A stretch of 64,000 nt of DNA from Thermoplasmatota archaeon. Its GTDB lineage: Archaea > Thermoplasmatota > Poseidoniia > Poseidoniales > Thalassarchaeaceae. A model generated the notes under the pieces. That model saw nothing but the letters and a program-made list of their open reading frames with translations, searched no databases and was not told where the DNA came from. The stretch covers positions 3,169 through 67,168 of the forward strand of contig JAURCP010000002.1 of the NCBI GenBank assembly GCA_030828405.1. Reading direction: 5' to 3'. The position numbers were made by a program, and so were the translations under genes. Positions 46,601 to 53,483 of the stretch are shown one piece after another. Position 1 is the stretch's first letter. Every line of letters begins with the position of its first letter.

Positions 46601-46641
46601 TTGTCAGTCGAAATTACTGAAACGCTCTGCAAACTAGACAC
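37678..46641 (-). CDS. Giant (2987-aa) surface protein with N-terminal TSP3 repeats, a transglutaminase-like cysteine protease core, a long array of Ig-like beta-sandwich repeats, a C-terminal TM helix and a DUF4129-like cytoplasmic tail
   Basis: - Signal anchor ACLFTLIMLLASYSAI.
- Many DxDxDGxxDxxE units, e.g. DSDNDGLPDGWEWQYGLDPLSP.
- Transglutaminase core EGSCEQFATVFTVMLRHAGFAARKVTGFSGG...GSHFTTWVEV, with the Cys codon at nt 43735-43737.
- TM helix LLYASIILIILIGMVGSGLYY followed by QRRRS.
- Tail FREAIYNCYESLCQILMRRGF...TVREFE...IFEEARYSSH, resembling DUF4129, which accompanies transglutaminase cores. Confidence 0.8.
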   Translation of the reverse strand: MSSLQSVSVISTDKKLVSKRRSACLFTLIMLLASYSAIEFGSWEALASTDDDGDGLTYGLEFIINTQPQDWDSDNDGLPDGWEWQYGLDPLSPTDINGSVGDPDGDAFTNLNEYLYGIPANWDDPTTANILDNGVWWNGTVPVRLWDEESAMQFIQGTGSDGVDEDPVGNICFNTFDDDKDGLVDNFDPDGDGDADCSSDDDDGDGLIDEDPDGWDTDGDGMPDGWEVANNLDPTSASNVDGTYGDPDGDGLINLYEYVNPTWGTRNGSTTPPTQYFRPGPNNMTATESPCNPVLGLGPGGCAIFTAEVDSITQTDPNNNDTDGDGLNDSYEALILLTDPTAIDTDSDGISDGVEVNAQYGDPPQASDPRNNNTDGDQFDDGEEDLNGNGIVDSNETDPTRIEDVGDFDNDGIDNWEENLTCTRWDLADTDGGGVNDGDELAVGHQTDPCISEIVIIKTIISWDAPSLSLLLNSTTELDPDPSDWRQDSAPMAYYELINGSTVGFRYGSIDGNELKEVDVSLPATAVSVLFTNHSWCWDASPQPSEAHCDDDYFDTDGDGLADWEELLATWGQPTNPNLVDTDGDGVDDLSEILNQTDPSEPCSNLLDTDEDGLNNYFENTTGCDLIFGFGGNGTVDTYFTLWNDADTDDGGVTDGQEYLDGTNPQNNSEDDLNPLDTDGDGIPDTIEQAIGLDWLNPDTDGGGIPDGDECGPDFWSLDCNGSVSNPWDPSDDIDPNMLMFIAENSTSVDLGITNYWRWHTYDYYTGVSFGVNSTLVGGTPIVFDIGSMQGVAHESFWIGNSTNDWTITYMPGAEIGPGGELIVPYNTVNWTSWSDSGAILNFSNYTRDIGVSLLSVDQIFISSPDVFFSPQVRENTTAFLGSDYGKDLPQSYIVRQSSVPLSITQAVLAESGAFSAWEKVEAIQDFLINGNNTTTFLRNNDPTVPNGFSDVENDLTHYILNNTKEGSCEQFATVFTVMLRHAGFAARKVTGFSGGDWNGKSYEVYGSHFTTWVEVQMQTNQNQGNVTLGWVPFEACPPQNILEVVDDEWGPNNFDRDLSGSDIWLNGTLRFVDNLTSAENVSLNLYLVPGNETDLVPGSAANSDYLVATGSTDVNGSFELSGKPLLPIKPGYGALVLQIFEKAYVGSQGISFPWRINITDDSTTSFTSPPPVNQPMLGVGVNSSVTGYLKLENPPNSDVSLIDDMQVVLNYTTSIDGPVSMISNVGTGGYYEFDIPISESEPLGLINASISFLGWHETDLNNATIPSYHIRPYTDNFLFNITPAPNLTVTLEGVDLNNTFLDIDSLIFLNGTVLSYGDAPEALNGTLYLQMRRASVSGPFETLKTWYLNSSNWTSSPGQFNVSWLFSGDNVSIPSGPVEVKIQFDAEGLFANDQVNYLTEHGIRSDITFSYEMVPQSRGNQAAVEVFLTDHTNTSLSSFLGTYVLDFNGTSVWNISDPDTPRITPVWIPEATAPAGDYSWVLNFSGSTWLNPAIVTDTVRIQGQSNAVVNLGSEWTPRGTSNWVSGVAQDRNLGTPVIANNSSVTAQLLVPSDLPPLPDGSPPPDTVIRLGGGFINPLNGEYNISFFMPGDIASGVYELRVFLDYTINPPSGGEYYKVSDADSIDAGIQTEMIVESTPPSLIVIAGETMQINATITDIADGSPISDIIADVIFDSGGTLEQTLQSGLTLSDGIVTFSPVIPADTPPGFYNVSIIAPDDILDNLTDVDAGRWLGNQSTSNLTVQVSSSIILDPFPTEVTAGSTFSISGQVLDAVDSNRTVDGPMAVEVFFLNDLSEKLVTNHVTSNNGSFNITVPTDPLGDGVSSGIKTVIVSVVEGSTPFYLTGTGNDTILVRGVTTFIDKSPLINTVVERGSNVTLTARIVESSNGDIPLQGLSVSAEFHDTWLDEVNSSSQGLVNFTFFIPDSHPLGQIDSIFYFNGSTTLHGTLTLISTITVRSSTLITVDNITDNPAAGELFNVSGTLTSSNGSAIIDRQGNTLAPSLIFEIDGEDDTFTVVSSNVELDGSWSASIRLDLTFSRGTHNITATFTPNVNYYQSSTGTGIFDSRGYSLLTIVSPLDLDPDSRIVRGEEMNISLSLIDNSALPVDFVIISVIVDGLIISNVTTDLSGLANVSILVDSNRVAGPMEISVIFSGIEGTTGLVGDESVTRVVVLAPTVIELTGITGTSIAGESVTFHGTLLDEHGQLLIEDGINSGGVIHLSIDGLDVGAIYTTLSNSSTGNWTINYELPLNTDFGSHEVKVDFFGGFTWVDPMGQGDSLNPEYYLPSSSVSIFNVTQTSQVVLTTPPGEIDRNQLLVIEGMLTDGAGRALPNRGLSVYMNDQLLTGLNVDSDGNFSLFIPVPSDMPLGPRIVKIVFQGEEFILSSNSSSVFIVYSSTDVFISEPSAVAVGDNLLLQGNVQDNLPNGYLSNHSLEIFIDGVLIGITSSNEQGDWSLNWLVSEFLDVGVHTITVKAPQQGYYREGITETNLTIAYHSGITLQVESSIVTRGGQWNFTGRLYDADSEGLPGLNGREIIIYLDGEEIGKTNTLANGFYEFDHILGYSIDRGQHDILVEFSGETYYLPISYNMSVYVRSDIEIEILWISETIIRSDVEHPIKIEGRILEVGGGGNVIEDMVVTLHWLTDGPENANVQWDESTGHFRIQSNAHYPMPPGPIDLVVKIESDSTRFLNGGSEDLSVSIMVPVNFKFTPESIKIDRDVRIIRGVVNVTSTDSFEPVANISMSASLINSSSGQTHFRVIEMTDEDGLFTYEFKSIEGLPTLWDRDFWGELSINFYTDSLFIDPSNRTWLATQQNQNPHVTIEYEVTEESSIFQSLLYASIILIILIGMVGSGLYYQRRRSATIDELAGIFSYTAELLAAGDEFREAIYNCYESLCQILMRRGFLRRDFETVREFEIAIRSALPISEQSLVSLDRIFEEARYSSHVLGEGHRQNAQIALNAVLQEIDQLQDIPVRDDYVAMEDEELKK

Positions 46642-46710
46642 CTCTAATGTTCGTGGCGCTTAATAGAGGTCTTAAGAAGAATGGAGCGTCGTTCGGACGA
46701 GTGAACAGAA

Positions 46711-49665
46711 TCATACAAGTTCTATATCATCATCATCATAACGATTAGGATCTGGTAACTCTTCAATCATTGGCATTGGTTCTTCAAATTCGACATCTTC
46801 ATCTTCATCTCCACCATCACGATTCATAGACTCAATTAGTGCCATATGGCTAGCCCATTTACGGCGATTCATACTACTTTGTACTCCTGCAATAATCAGT
46901 AAAAATCCTACTACCAAAACAATTAGAGTTAGGGGGCGAGGATGACTAATTTCATTAATAATAATATCAATTACATTACCTAAATCTACAGTCATAATTA
47001 CAGTCTTTTTAGCAGTGAAATCATCTGACCAACTCTGACTAGTATCCAGAGTTCCGTCAATCACATAAGCCAATGGCATTGCAGTAACTAAAACAGGAAT
47101 TTTGTCACCATTATTTGCATCGGAAGGAACGAATACTTTGAGATTGAAACTTAGTTCTTCATATGCACCTAATTGGATAAATGTTGAACCAGATGGGCCC
47201 TCGATTTCTGCAGTCCATCCTTGCTGATCTACTTCTGCATCTAATAGAATTGTCATTTCAGTATTTCCTTCATTTTTTACTTTCATCTGGATAGAATAGT
47301 CTTCTCCTGGGAGTAATTTTCTATCTTGAGTAACTTGGACTATCTCTAAATTAGGCATATCAGAGGCAATCTCAAAGGTCATAGGTAAGTCGAAGTATCT
47401 AGGGTTGGATTCTTCGGTATCTTCAATCACTCTCAGATAAATTGTATGGTTACCTTGTTCGACTTGAGTTGTGAGAGTGACTGTTACAAATACTTCAATA
47501 AATCCTCCGGGGCTTAGTGAAACACGAGGTACTGCTTCATTATTTTCATCTTCAATCCTAAACTGCCATTGACCATATATCGGGCTAATATCTAAATTTT
47601 CCTGTAGAGTTGCAGGGTTCTGAATTCTCCACCAAAGAGCAGTATCTCCAGAATTAGCGCTACTAGTAATTCTGGCCCTTAAATCTACAACAGCGTTATC
47701 TGAACCGGGAGAACAAAGTGAAACTTCAATCTGACCTAGTGGTGAACCATCACAATCTTGTGATACTTCCGCTCTTATACCAAATGTCCTCTGAATAGTG
47801 AATATTATTGTACTTCTAAGTGACGAATTACCAGAACTAGTGACTTCAATTTCTATAGTTCCTAAGTCGTCATCGGCACGATCATTAGATGGTTTGATAT
47901 TTAGCAATAATACTTGAGTCGCGTGCCTCTCTAAGAAAGAGGAATGGAATGTCCCATCTCCAACATCCTCTAATATTCTTTCTCCAGTATTATTATCATA
48001 GACTTGAATTATGGATTTGGAGCGTTTTAGGACATCTATACGGAACATGTCTGCATCGAAACCTGTATTAAATATTTCAAGGAGGAATGGTGTGAACTCT
48101 CCATATTCAACATATCTCGGTATAGTATTATCGATATCATCGGGACGGGTAGAGTTGGCAATAGGAAGTTCATGTTCTTCGTCCCAAACAGATACTGCTG
48201 GAGGTTGGAAAACGTCAATCTTCTCTAGTTTCACATTCAAGGTATCTTGATGCACAACGGTTTGAACCCCATCAACTTCAGCTTCAGCTACAGCACGGAT
48301 ATCTATACTACTAGGAGTCCCAGTTAAATCATCAGGAGCCTGCAATGTGAGAATAGGATTCAAGATATCTCCACCAGCATCCAAAGAATAGATACTTGAA
48401 TCTGAATCAAATTCGATTAACCAAGAACTACCGAGATTTGTCATTACTTCAAGTTCAACAGACATAGATTTAGTAGAGTCTCCCCTATGGACTAGTTGGA
48501 GAGGTATCGGAGTTATTTCGCCAGGAGCGATATATTCTGTTTGCCTATCCATTCCATGATTAATTGAAACACCAAATTGATGCATTTCAACGGGCTGATG
48601 TTCAATCAAGACTAAGTTCCCTTGTATGTCTGTCACTTCTAATTCCACAGTATATTCGCCAGCAGGTACGCCTCCTGGGTATGTCCAGGAATAATGTCCA
48701 AATATTCCTTCATTTGTATCATCAATGTCTGGATCATCGTCACTAATTTCTTTATCTATCCTATAGTTCCCTAGCGAATCTCTAAGTAATAATCTAACAC
48801 TATCAATATCATATCTACCAAATGCACTTTTTACGTCGAAAGTGAATTGCATCAATCTCTGATCGATAATATCGTTAGGATACCATTCTAAGACTGGACC
48901 TTCTGAAAGTTCATCTCCATCTCTTTGTAAATATACAACACTATTGGAAATTGCATTTGTTTCTACTTCAATTTCAGAATGGCGATTAGATTCACCATCG
49001 ATTTCATTCCATGCAACTTCTGCAGTACAAGTGGAGCCGAATGGCCCGCCACTGCTATCACACCCTGACATTTCCGCAGAAATTGTAATTTCAATGGTTT
49101 CATCTTCTAGTATCATGAAAGAACTGGTAGACCCAAGGTCAACTTCAAATTCTTCATGATCGAAGTTACAACTATTACCAATTCCAGTATTGCATGCATC
49201 TGCACTCCACTCTGCTTGTCCTATGGAAGAGCCACCCGCTCTCACATTGATTGTCCAATCAACTGATGACCCGCTTGGCCCAACTGCTTTCAAGAAAAGA
49301 TCCAGTGGCAAGTAATAAGTTCCAGAACTTGAACCTTGATTGGGACGACCGAATACCTCTATCGATGATAACAATTCTTGACTAATAAATTCTATTGTTT
49401 CGTCCAAAGCACTGGCTGTTTCTTGACCGCCAGAGTCAGGTATTTTTGTAGTAATTAATCCGTCCCCATCAGTTGTAGAATCAGCAGAAGCGAGATAAAG
49501 TGTGTAAAGTTCAATTGTTTCCTCTGTATTGCTTAAAATTGGCCTTTCCTCCAACTCTAAATTAGTTATTTGAGAAGAATACATTGGAGTTAACATTAGT
49601 AATGTCAGAAAAAGAGCAATACGGGCGGTTTTGACACCTCTCTGAGCGTTCCTAGACACTTGCAC
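46711..49665 (-). CDS. Large secreted, membrane-anchored surface protein (CARDB/NEW3-like beta-sandwich repeats) with an acidic cytoplasmic tail
   Basis: Probable GTG start at 49665 or 49659, giving the signal peptide (M)QVSRNAQRGVKTARIALFLTLLMLTPMYSS. The ORF-track N-terminus (to 49869) runs antisense through tRNA-Leu and is an artefact. The C-terminal TM is LTLIVLVVGFLLIIAGV, followed by a tail rich in DGGDEDEDVEFEE...DDDDIELV. Confidence 0.7.
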   Translation of the reverse strand: MQVSRNAQRGVKTARIALFLTLLMLTPMYSSQITNLELEERPILSNTEETIELYTLYLASADSTTDGDGLITTKIPDSGGQETASALDETIEFISQELLSSIEVFGRPNQGSSSGTYYLPLDLFLKAVGPSGSSVDWTINVRAGGSSIGQAEWSADACNTGIGNSCNFDHEEFEVDLGSTSSFMILEDETIEITISAEMSGCDSSGGPFGSTCTAEVAWNEIDGESNRHSEIEVETNAISNSVVYLQRDGDELSEGPVLEWYPNDIIDQRLMQFTFDVKSAFGRYDIDSVRLLLRDSLGNYRIDKEISDDDPDIDDTNEGIFGHYSWTYPGGVPAGEYTVELEVTDIQGNLVLIEHQPVEMHQFGVSINHGMDRQTEYIAPGEITPIPLQLVHRGDSTKSMSVELEVMTNLGSSWLIEFDSDSSIYSLDAGGDILNPILTLQAPDDLTGTPSSIDIRAVAEAEVDGVQTVVHQDTLNVKLEKIDVFQPPAVSVWDEEHELPIANSTRPDDIDNTIPRYVEYGEFTPFLLEIFNTGFDADMFRIDVLKRSKSIIQVYDNNTGERILEDVGDGTFHSSFLERHATQVLLLNIKPSNDRADDDLGTIEIEVTSSGNSSLRSTIIFTIQRTFGIRAEVSQDCDGSPLGQIEVSLCSPGSDNAVVDLRARITSSANSGDTALWWRIQNPATLQENLDISPIYGQWQFRIEDENNEAVPRVSLSPGGFIEVFVTVTLTTQVEQGNHTIYLRVIEDTEESNPRYFDLPMTFEIASDMPNLEIVQVTQDRKLLPGEDYSIQMKVKNEGNTEMTILLDAEVDQQGWTAEIEGPSGSTFIQLGAYEELSFNLKVFVPSDANNGDKIPVLVTAMPLAYVIDGTLDTSQSWSDDFTAKKTVIMTVDLGNVIDIIINEISHPRPLTLIVLVVGFLLIIAGVQSSMNRRKWASHMALIESMNRDGGDEDEDVEFEEPMPMIEELPDPNRYDDDDIELV

Positions 49666-49783
49666 GCTTCTCGGCTGTTCACAGGGTGTTAAAGAGTTCT
49701 CATCATAAGTTCCGCATATGCATCTATTTCCGGGACATATTGGAGCCGCGCGATTCAAGACTAAGTTCGTACGCCGATGGCAC

Positions 49784-49868
49784 GCAGGGGTACCCGAGTG
49801 GTCAAAGGGGCCGGACTTAAGCTCCGGTGGCAAGGCCTTCGTGGGTTCGAATCCCACCCCCTGCACCA
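49784..49868 (+). tRNA. tRNA-Leu (UAA) with long variable arm, 3' CCA encoded
   Basis: GCAGGGGTACCCGAGTGGTCAAAGGGGCCGGACTTAAGCTCCGGTGGCAAGGCCTTCGTGGGTTCGAATCCCACCCCCTGCACCA. Anticodon stem CCGGA/TCCGG, loop CTTAAGC. Class II variable arm. Confidence 0.92.
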
Positions 49869-49890
49869 TAAACTTAAATTTGTGTGAAAA

Positions 49891-50310
49891 TCACTTGATT
49901 TTCGTCATTGAACAACCTAATCTTCCATCACCATGTAAGATATCTAACTTAGTTATAACCAATGATGCTGCTTTCACACTGTTTGGAGTAGATATCTCTT
50001 CGAGTAATCGATTTGCTAATGTCTCAAGTAGAGAAAAACGACCAATCGATAACACTTCGTCTAAAGAATCAATGAGATACTCATAGTTCAATACTTCATT
50101 CAAATTATCATTATTTGGATTTATAATGTCTGAAATCATTACGTATATGTCAAATCTTACTTTTTGAGGATTACCAATTTCGAAATCGTGAACTCCAATA
50201 TCTACGTCTCTAACTACATCTTCTAAAAATAGTGTTGTTACTCCACTGTAAGAAGACAATAAATTAGTAATCGCATCTTTGTGAGAGGTCATAGAATCAC
50301 TCAGTTTCAA
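49891..50310 (-). CDS. folB: Dihydroneopterin aldolase-like (FolB family) protein
   Basis: Tunnel-fold pattern: IGVHDFEIGNPQKVRFDIYV ... VLNYEYLIDSL ... FSLLETLANRLLEEI ... ITKLD. An alternative ATG at 50292 would remove the 14-nt overlap with the upstream SDR gene. Confidence 0.5.
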   Translation of the reverse strand: MKLSDSMTSHKDAITNLLSSYSGVTTLFLEDVVRDVDIGVHDFEIGNPQKVRFDIYVMISDIINPNNDNLNEVLNYEYLIDSLDEVLSIGRFSLLETLANRLLEEISTPNSVKAASLVITKLDILHGDGRLGCSMTKIK

Positions 50311-51055
50311 ACACTACATCCCTTGTTCTTGAAAGGAACCTTTCACCAGAATCGACATAGATGACCTGTCCAGTTACGGCCTTTGCAACCATCAAATAAC
50401 ACACAGCATCAGCAATATCTCCGGGACTTGGCCCGTAACCCAGGGGAGAACTAGATTGCGCAAGCTCGAAACCTTCGCTAGTTTGTGAGTTACTGGCTAA
50501 TGTATGTCCTGGTGAAACAGCATTCACTCTAACTTTAGGCGCTAAACCTCTTGCTAAGGTTTCAGTTAGTCCTAGCATAGCATATTTCGATGCAGTATAA
50601 GATAAATGATCAGGATTAGGATTATACAATTTTTGATCTAAAATATTGACTACACTGCCTCTTCTGTTTCCTTCTAATGAATCATTCATCTGTTTAATCA
50701 TCATCAAAGGGACTTTTGCGTTAATTTTCATGTGCTTATCCCATGAATCAGAAGTAATTGTAGAAATATCGTCATGAATAAAAACTGACGCGTTATTTAC
50801 TATTGCATTAAGATAACCGAATTCCTTTACAGCATGAGATATCAACTCCCTTGCACTAGATAAATCTGACAAGTCTGCCTGGAAAATAGTAGCAGAGCCA
50901 CCATTTGAAATTATCATTCTTGCTGTTTCTTCGGCATCTTCAGATGAACTTCTGTGGTGAATAATGACTTTGTAACCTAAATCTGAAAGACGAATGCAAA
51001 TCTCACGACCAATTCGCTTGGATCCTCCCGTCACTAACACAACGCCTTGATCCAT
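50297..51055 (-). CDS. Short-chain dehydrogenase/reductase, pteridine reductase / FolM-like
   Basis: VLVTGGSKRIGREI cofactor motif of the PTR1/FolM type (TGxxKRIG). Catalytic YTASKYAM (YxxxK). Confidence 0.6.
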   Translation of the reverse strand: MDQGVVLVTGGSKRIGREICIRLSDLGYKVIIHHRSSSEDAEETARMIISNGGSATIFQADLSDLSSARELISHAVKEFGYLNAIVNNASVFIHDDISTITSDSWDKHMKINAKVPLMMIKQMNDSLEGNRRGSVVNILDQKLYNPNPDHLSYTASKYAMLGLTETLARGLAPKVRVNAVSPGHTLASNSQTSEGFELAQSSSPLGYGPSPGDIADAVCYLMVAKAVTGQVIYVDSGERFLSRTRDVVFETE

Positions 51056-51155
51056 AGTGTTGCGAGAGTGAACTAAGATATGACTTCTTGTATAGGATTA
51101 AGTTAACAATTTACTATCAGAATAGTTTTCGTCATGACCCTGCTCGTAGGTATCA

Positions 51156-52199
51156 ATGTCAACGCGACTTCCAACGATTAATGATGAAAATCATTCGATT
51201 AAAGAAGTTTTAAGACATAATGGTAAAAGTTCTCTTGAAAGAAGGAAAGAAAAAAGGAAACGTCTACCAGAATGGTTTAGAACTAGTCTACCGACTGGAA
51301 ATTCGCAAAGAAATTTTAACATTACAAAGGCGAATGTACATGAACATGGACTACACACAGTTTGTGAAGAAGCAAGGTGTCCAAATGTACATGACTGCTG
51401 GGCTAGAGGGACAGCAACTTTCATGATTGCTGGAGAAGTTTGTACTAGAGGATGTAGATTTTGTGCGGTCGGTACAATAAAGAAGCCTCCAGAGCTAAAT
51501 CCTTTGGAACCAAAAGAGTTAGCGGAAGCAATAGAAAAAATGAATATTACGCATGCAGTTGTCACTGTAGTGAATAGAGATGATTTGCCCGATGGAGGAG
51601 CAGAACATTACAGAAGATGTTTGCTAGAAGTTAACAAAAGAACACCAGATGTTGGATTGGAATTGTTGTGTTCAGATTTAGAAGGAAACTTGGACGCCCT
51701 TACAAGCCTACTTGATGATTTACCAATTAAGGTATTTGCACACAACGTAGAATGCGTACCTCGACTAGATAGTATTGTTAGAGACCCAAGAGCTTCATTT
51801 GAACAGTCTCTAAAAATATTATCTCATGCCAAAAAGGTGAGACCAGATTTGAAAATCAAGTCAAGTATTATGGTTGGTTTGGGAGAAAATGATGATGAAA
51901 TTGTAGAGGCAATGAAATTACTTAGAGAAGTAGGTGTTGAAATGATTACATTGGGCCAATATCTACAACCAAGTGACAGACACCTTCCAATCGACAGATT
52001 TCCAGAGCCAAGACAGTTCGCAGACTGGGATAAAACTGCTAGAGAGTTAGGGTTCAAAGCGGTAGCGAGTGGGCCTTTGGTCAGATCTTCATACAGAGCC
52101 GGACTATTGTACGAAGAGGCTGAAGGGGCGGAACCAGTAGTTACTAGAGAATCTACAGGCTCTGCGGTCAGTTACCTAAATTCAATGAGGAAATTGTGA
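51156..52199 (+). CDS. lipA: Lipoyl synthase
   Basis: Auxiliary cluster motif CEEARCPNVHDCW and radical-SAM motif CTRGCRFCAV. Confidence 0.92.
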   Translation: MSTRLPTINDENHSIKEVLRHNGKSSLERRKEKRKRLPEWFRTSLPTGNSQRNFNITKANVHEHGLHTVCEEARCPNVHDCWARGTATFMIAGEVCTRGCRFCAVGTIKKPPELNPLEPKELAEAIEKMNITHAVVTVVNRDDLPDGGAEHYRRCLLEVNKRTPDVGLELLCSDLEGNLDALTSLLDDLPIKVFAHNVECVPRLDSIVRDPRASFEQSLKILSHAKKVRPDLKIKSSIMVGLGENDDEIVEAMKLLREVGVEMITLGQYLQPSDRHLPIDRFPEPRQFADWDKTARELGFKAVASGPLVRSSYRAGLLYEEAEGAEPVVTRESTGSAVSYLNSMRKL

Positions 52200-52244
52200 T
52201 TGGCGAAAGCCAACAAATATGAGTAAGAAGATGGTGTTAGATAC

Positions 52245-53483
52245 ATGGTGAAGAAGAAGACGGAGTCAATCCATGTCCCTGACGCACCTCATCGTCCAGG
52301 AGATGAAACAAAATTTGAACAATGGAGTTGGAAGCCAGAAGATTTGAATAGATTGGATATTGAATGTTCAGTTGATGATGCAATAAATCACGCTACAGGT
52401 TTAGTTAGAGTCCTAGATGATGACCATGAAGCAAAGGGCGAATGGAATCCTAACCTTACTTCAGAAGAATTGATTTTAGGCTTAGAACATATGCTAAGGA
52501 TGAGAATTTTTGATGAAAGAATGATGAAAATGCAGCGTACAGGGAAATTATCATTTTACATGAGATCTTTTGGAGAAGAAGCAATTGCGATTGCTCAGAC
52601 CATGGCTCTAAAGAATCAAGATTGGTTATTCCCTACATACAGGCAACCAGGAGCACAATTTGTTAGAGGAAGAGACATGGTCAGCATGATTTGTCACTGT
52701 ATTGGAAATGAAGAAGACAATGTCAAGGGCAGACAAATGCCAGTACATTACACGTATCGTGAGGGGAGATATATTTCGGTCTCAAGCCCAGTAGGTACAC
52801 AATTTAGTCAAGCAGTTGGTGTAGCATTGGCATCTAAATACAAGGAGCTTGATGAAGTTACCATTACTTGGATAGGAGACGGAGCTAGTGCCGAGGGAGA
52901 TTATCATTATGCACTTAATTTCGCTAGTATATTCAAAGCACCTGTGATACTCAATGTAGTAAATAATCAATGGGCGATTTCAACCCATTCTAATTTTGCT
53001 AGTAACAATCAAAACTTTGCAATAAGAGGGATACCATATGGAATCCCTAGTATCAGAGTTGATGGGAATGATTTTCTCGCTTTATATTCCGTAACTAAAT
53101 GGGCTAGAGAAAGAGCCGCAAAAAACCTAGGACCAACACATATAGAGGTGCTAACTTACAGAGCAGGTGCGCATAGTAGTAGTGATGACCCATCTAGATA
53201 TAGGCCGAAAGATTCGAATGATTTTTGGCCCGGTGGAGACCCTATCGAGAGATTGAAGTTACATTTAGTGCAAACAAATAATTGGTCAGAGAAGATGCAT
53301 AAAGAACTAGAAGAAAGAATAGATTCAGAAGTTATGGACGCATACAAGGAGGCTGTGAAATTTGGAGATCTGGCAAACGGCCCATATCCATCCTCCGATG
53401 CGATTTTTACAGAAGTTTATGAGACTCCTCCTTGGCATTTACTAGAGCAATGGGATGAAATGAAAAGATGGAGGGATGAATAA
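52245..53483 (+). CDS. 2-oxoacid dehydrogenase E1 component alpha subunit (branched-chain/pyruvate type)
   Basis: TPP-binding motif IGDGASAEGDYHYALNFASIFKAPVILNVVNNQWAIS, plus YRQPGAQFVRG. Confidence 0.88.
   Translation: MVKKKTESIHVPDAPHRPGDETKFEQWSWKPEDLNRLDIECSVDDAINHATGLVRVLDDDHEAKGEWNPNLTSEELILGLEHMLRMRIFDERMMKMQRTGKLSFYMRSFGEEAIAIAQTMALKNQDWLFPTYRQPGAQFVRGRDMVSMICHCIGNEEDNVKGRQMPVHYTYREGRYISVSSPVGTQFSQAVGVALASKYKELDEVTITWIGDGASAEGDYHYALNFASIFKAPVILNVVNNQWAISTHSNFASNNQNFAIRGIPYGIPSIRVDGNDFLALYSVTKWARERAAKNLGPTHIEVLTYRAGAHSSSDDPSRYRPKDSNDFWPGGDPIERLKLHLVQTNNWSEKMHKELEERIDSEVMDAYKEAVKFGDLANGPYPSSDAIFTEVYETPPWHLLEQWDEMKRWRDE

Noticed and set aside
49666-49869. N-terminal ~68 aa of the ORF-track protein 46711-49869 (MVQGVGFEPTKALPPELKSGPFDHSG...).
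   Set aside because: This stretch is the antisense translation of tRNA-Leu (49784-49868) and its upstream region. A GTG at 49665 or 49659 gives a proper signal peptide, so the extension is an artefact of maximal ORF calling.
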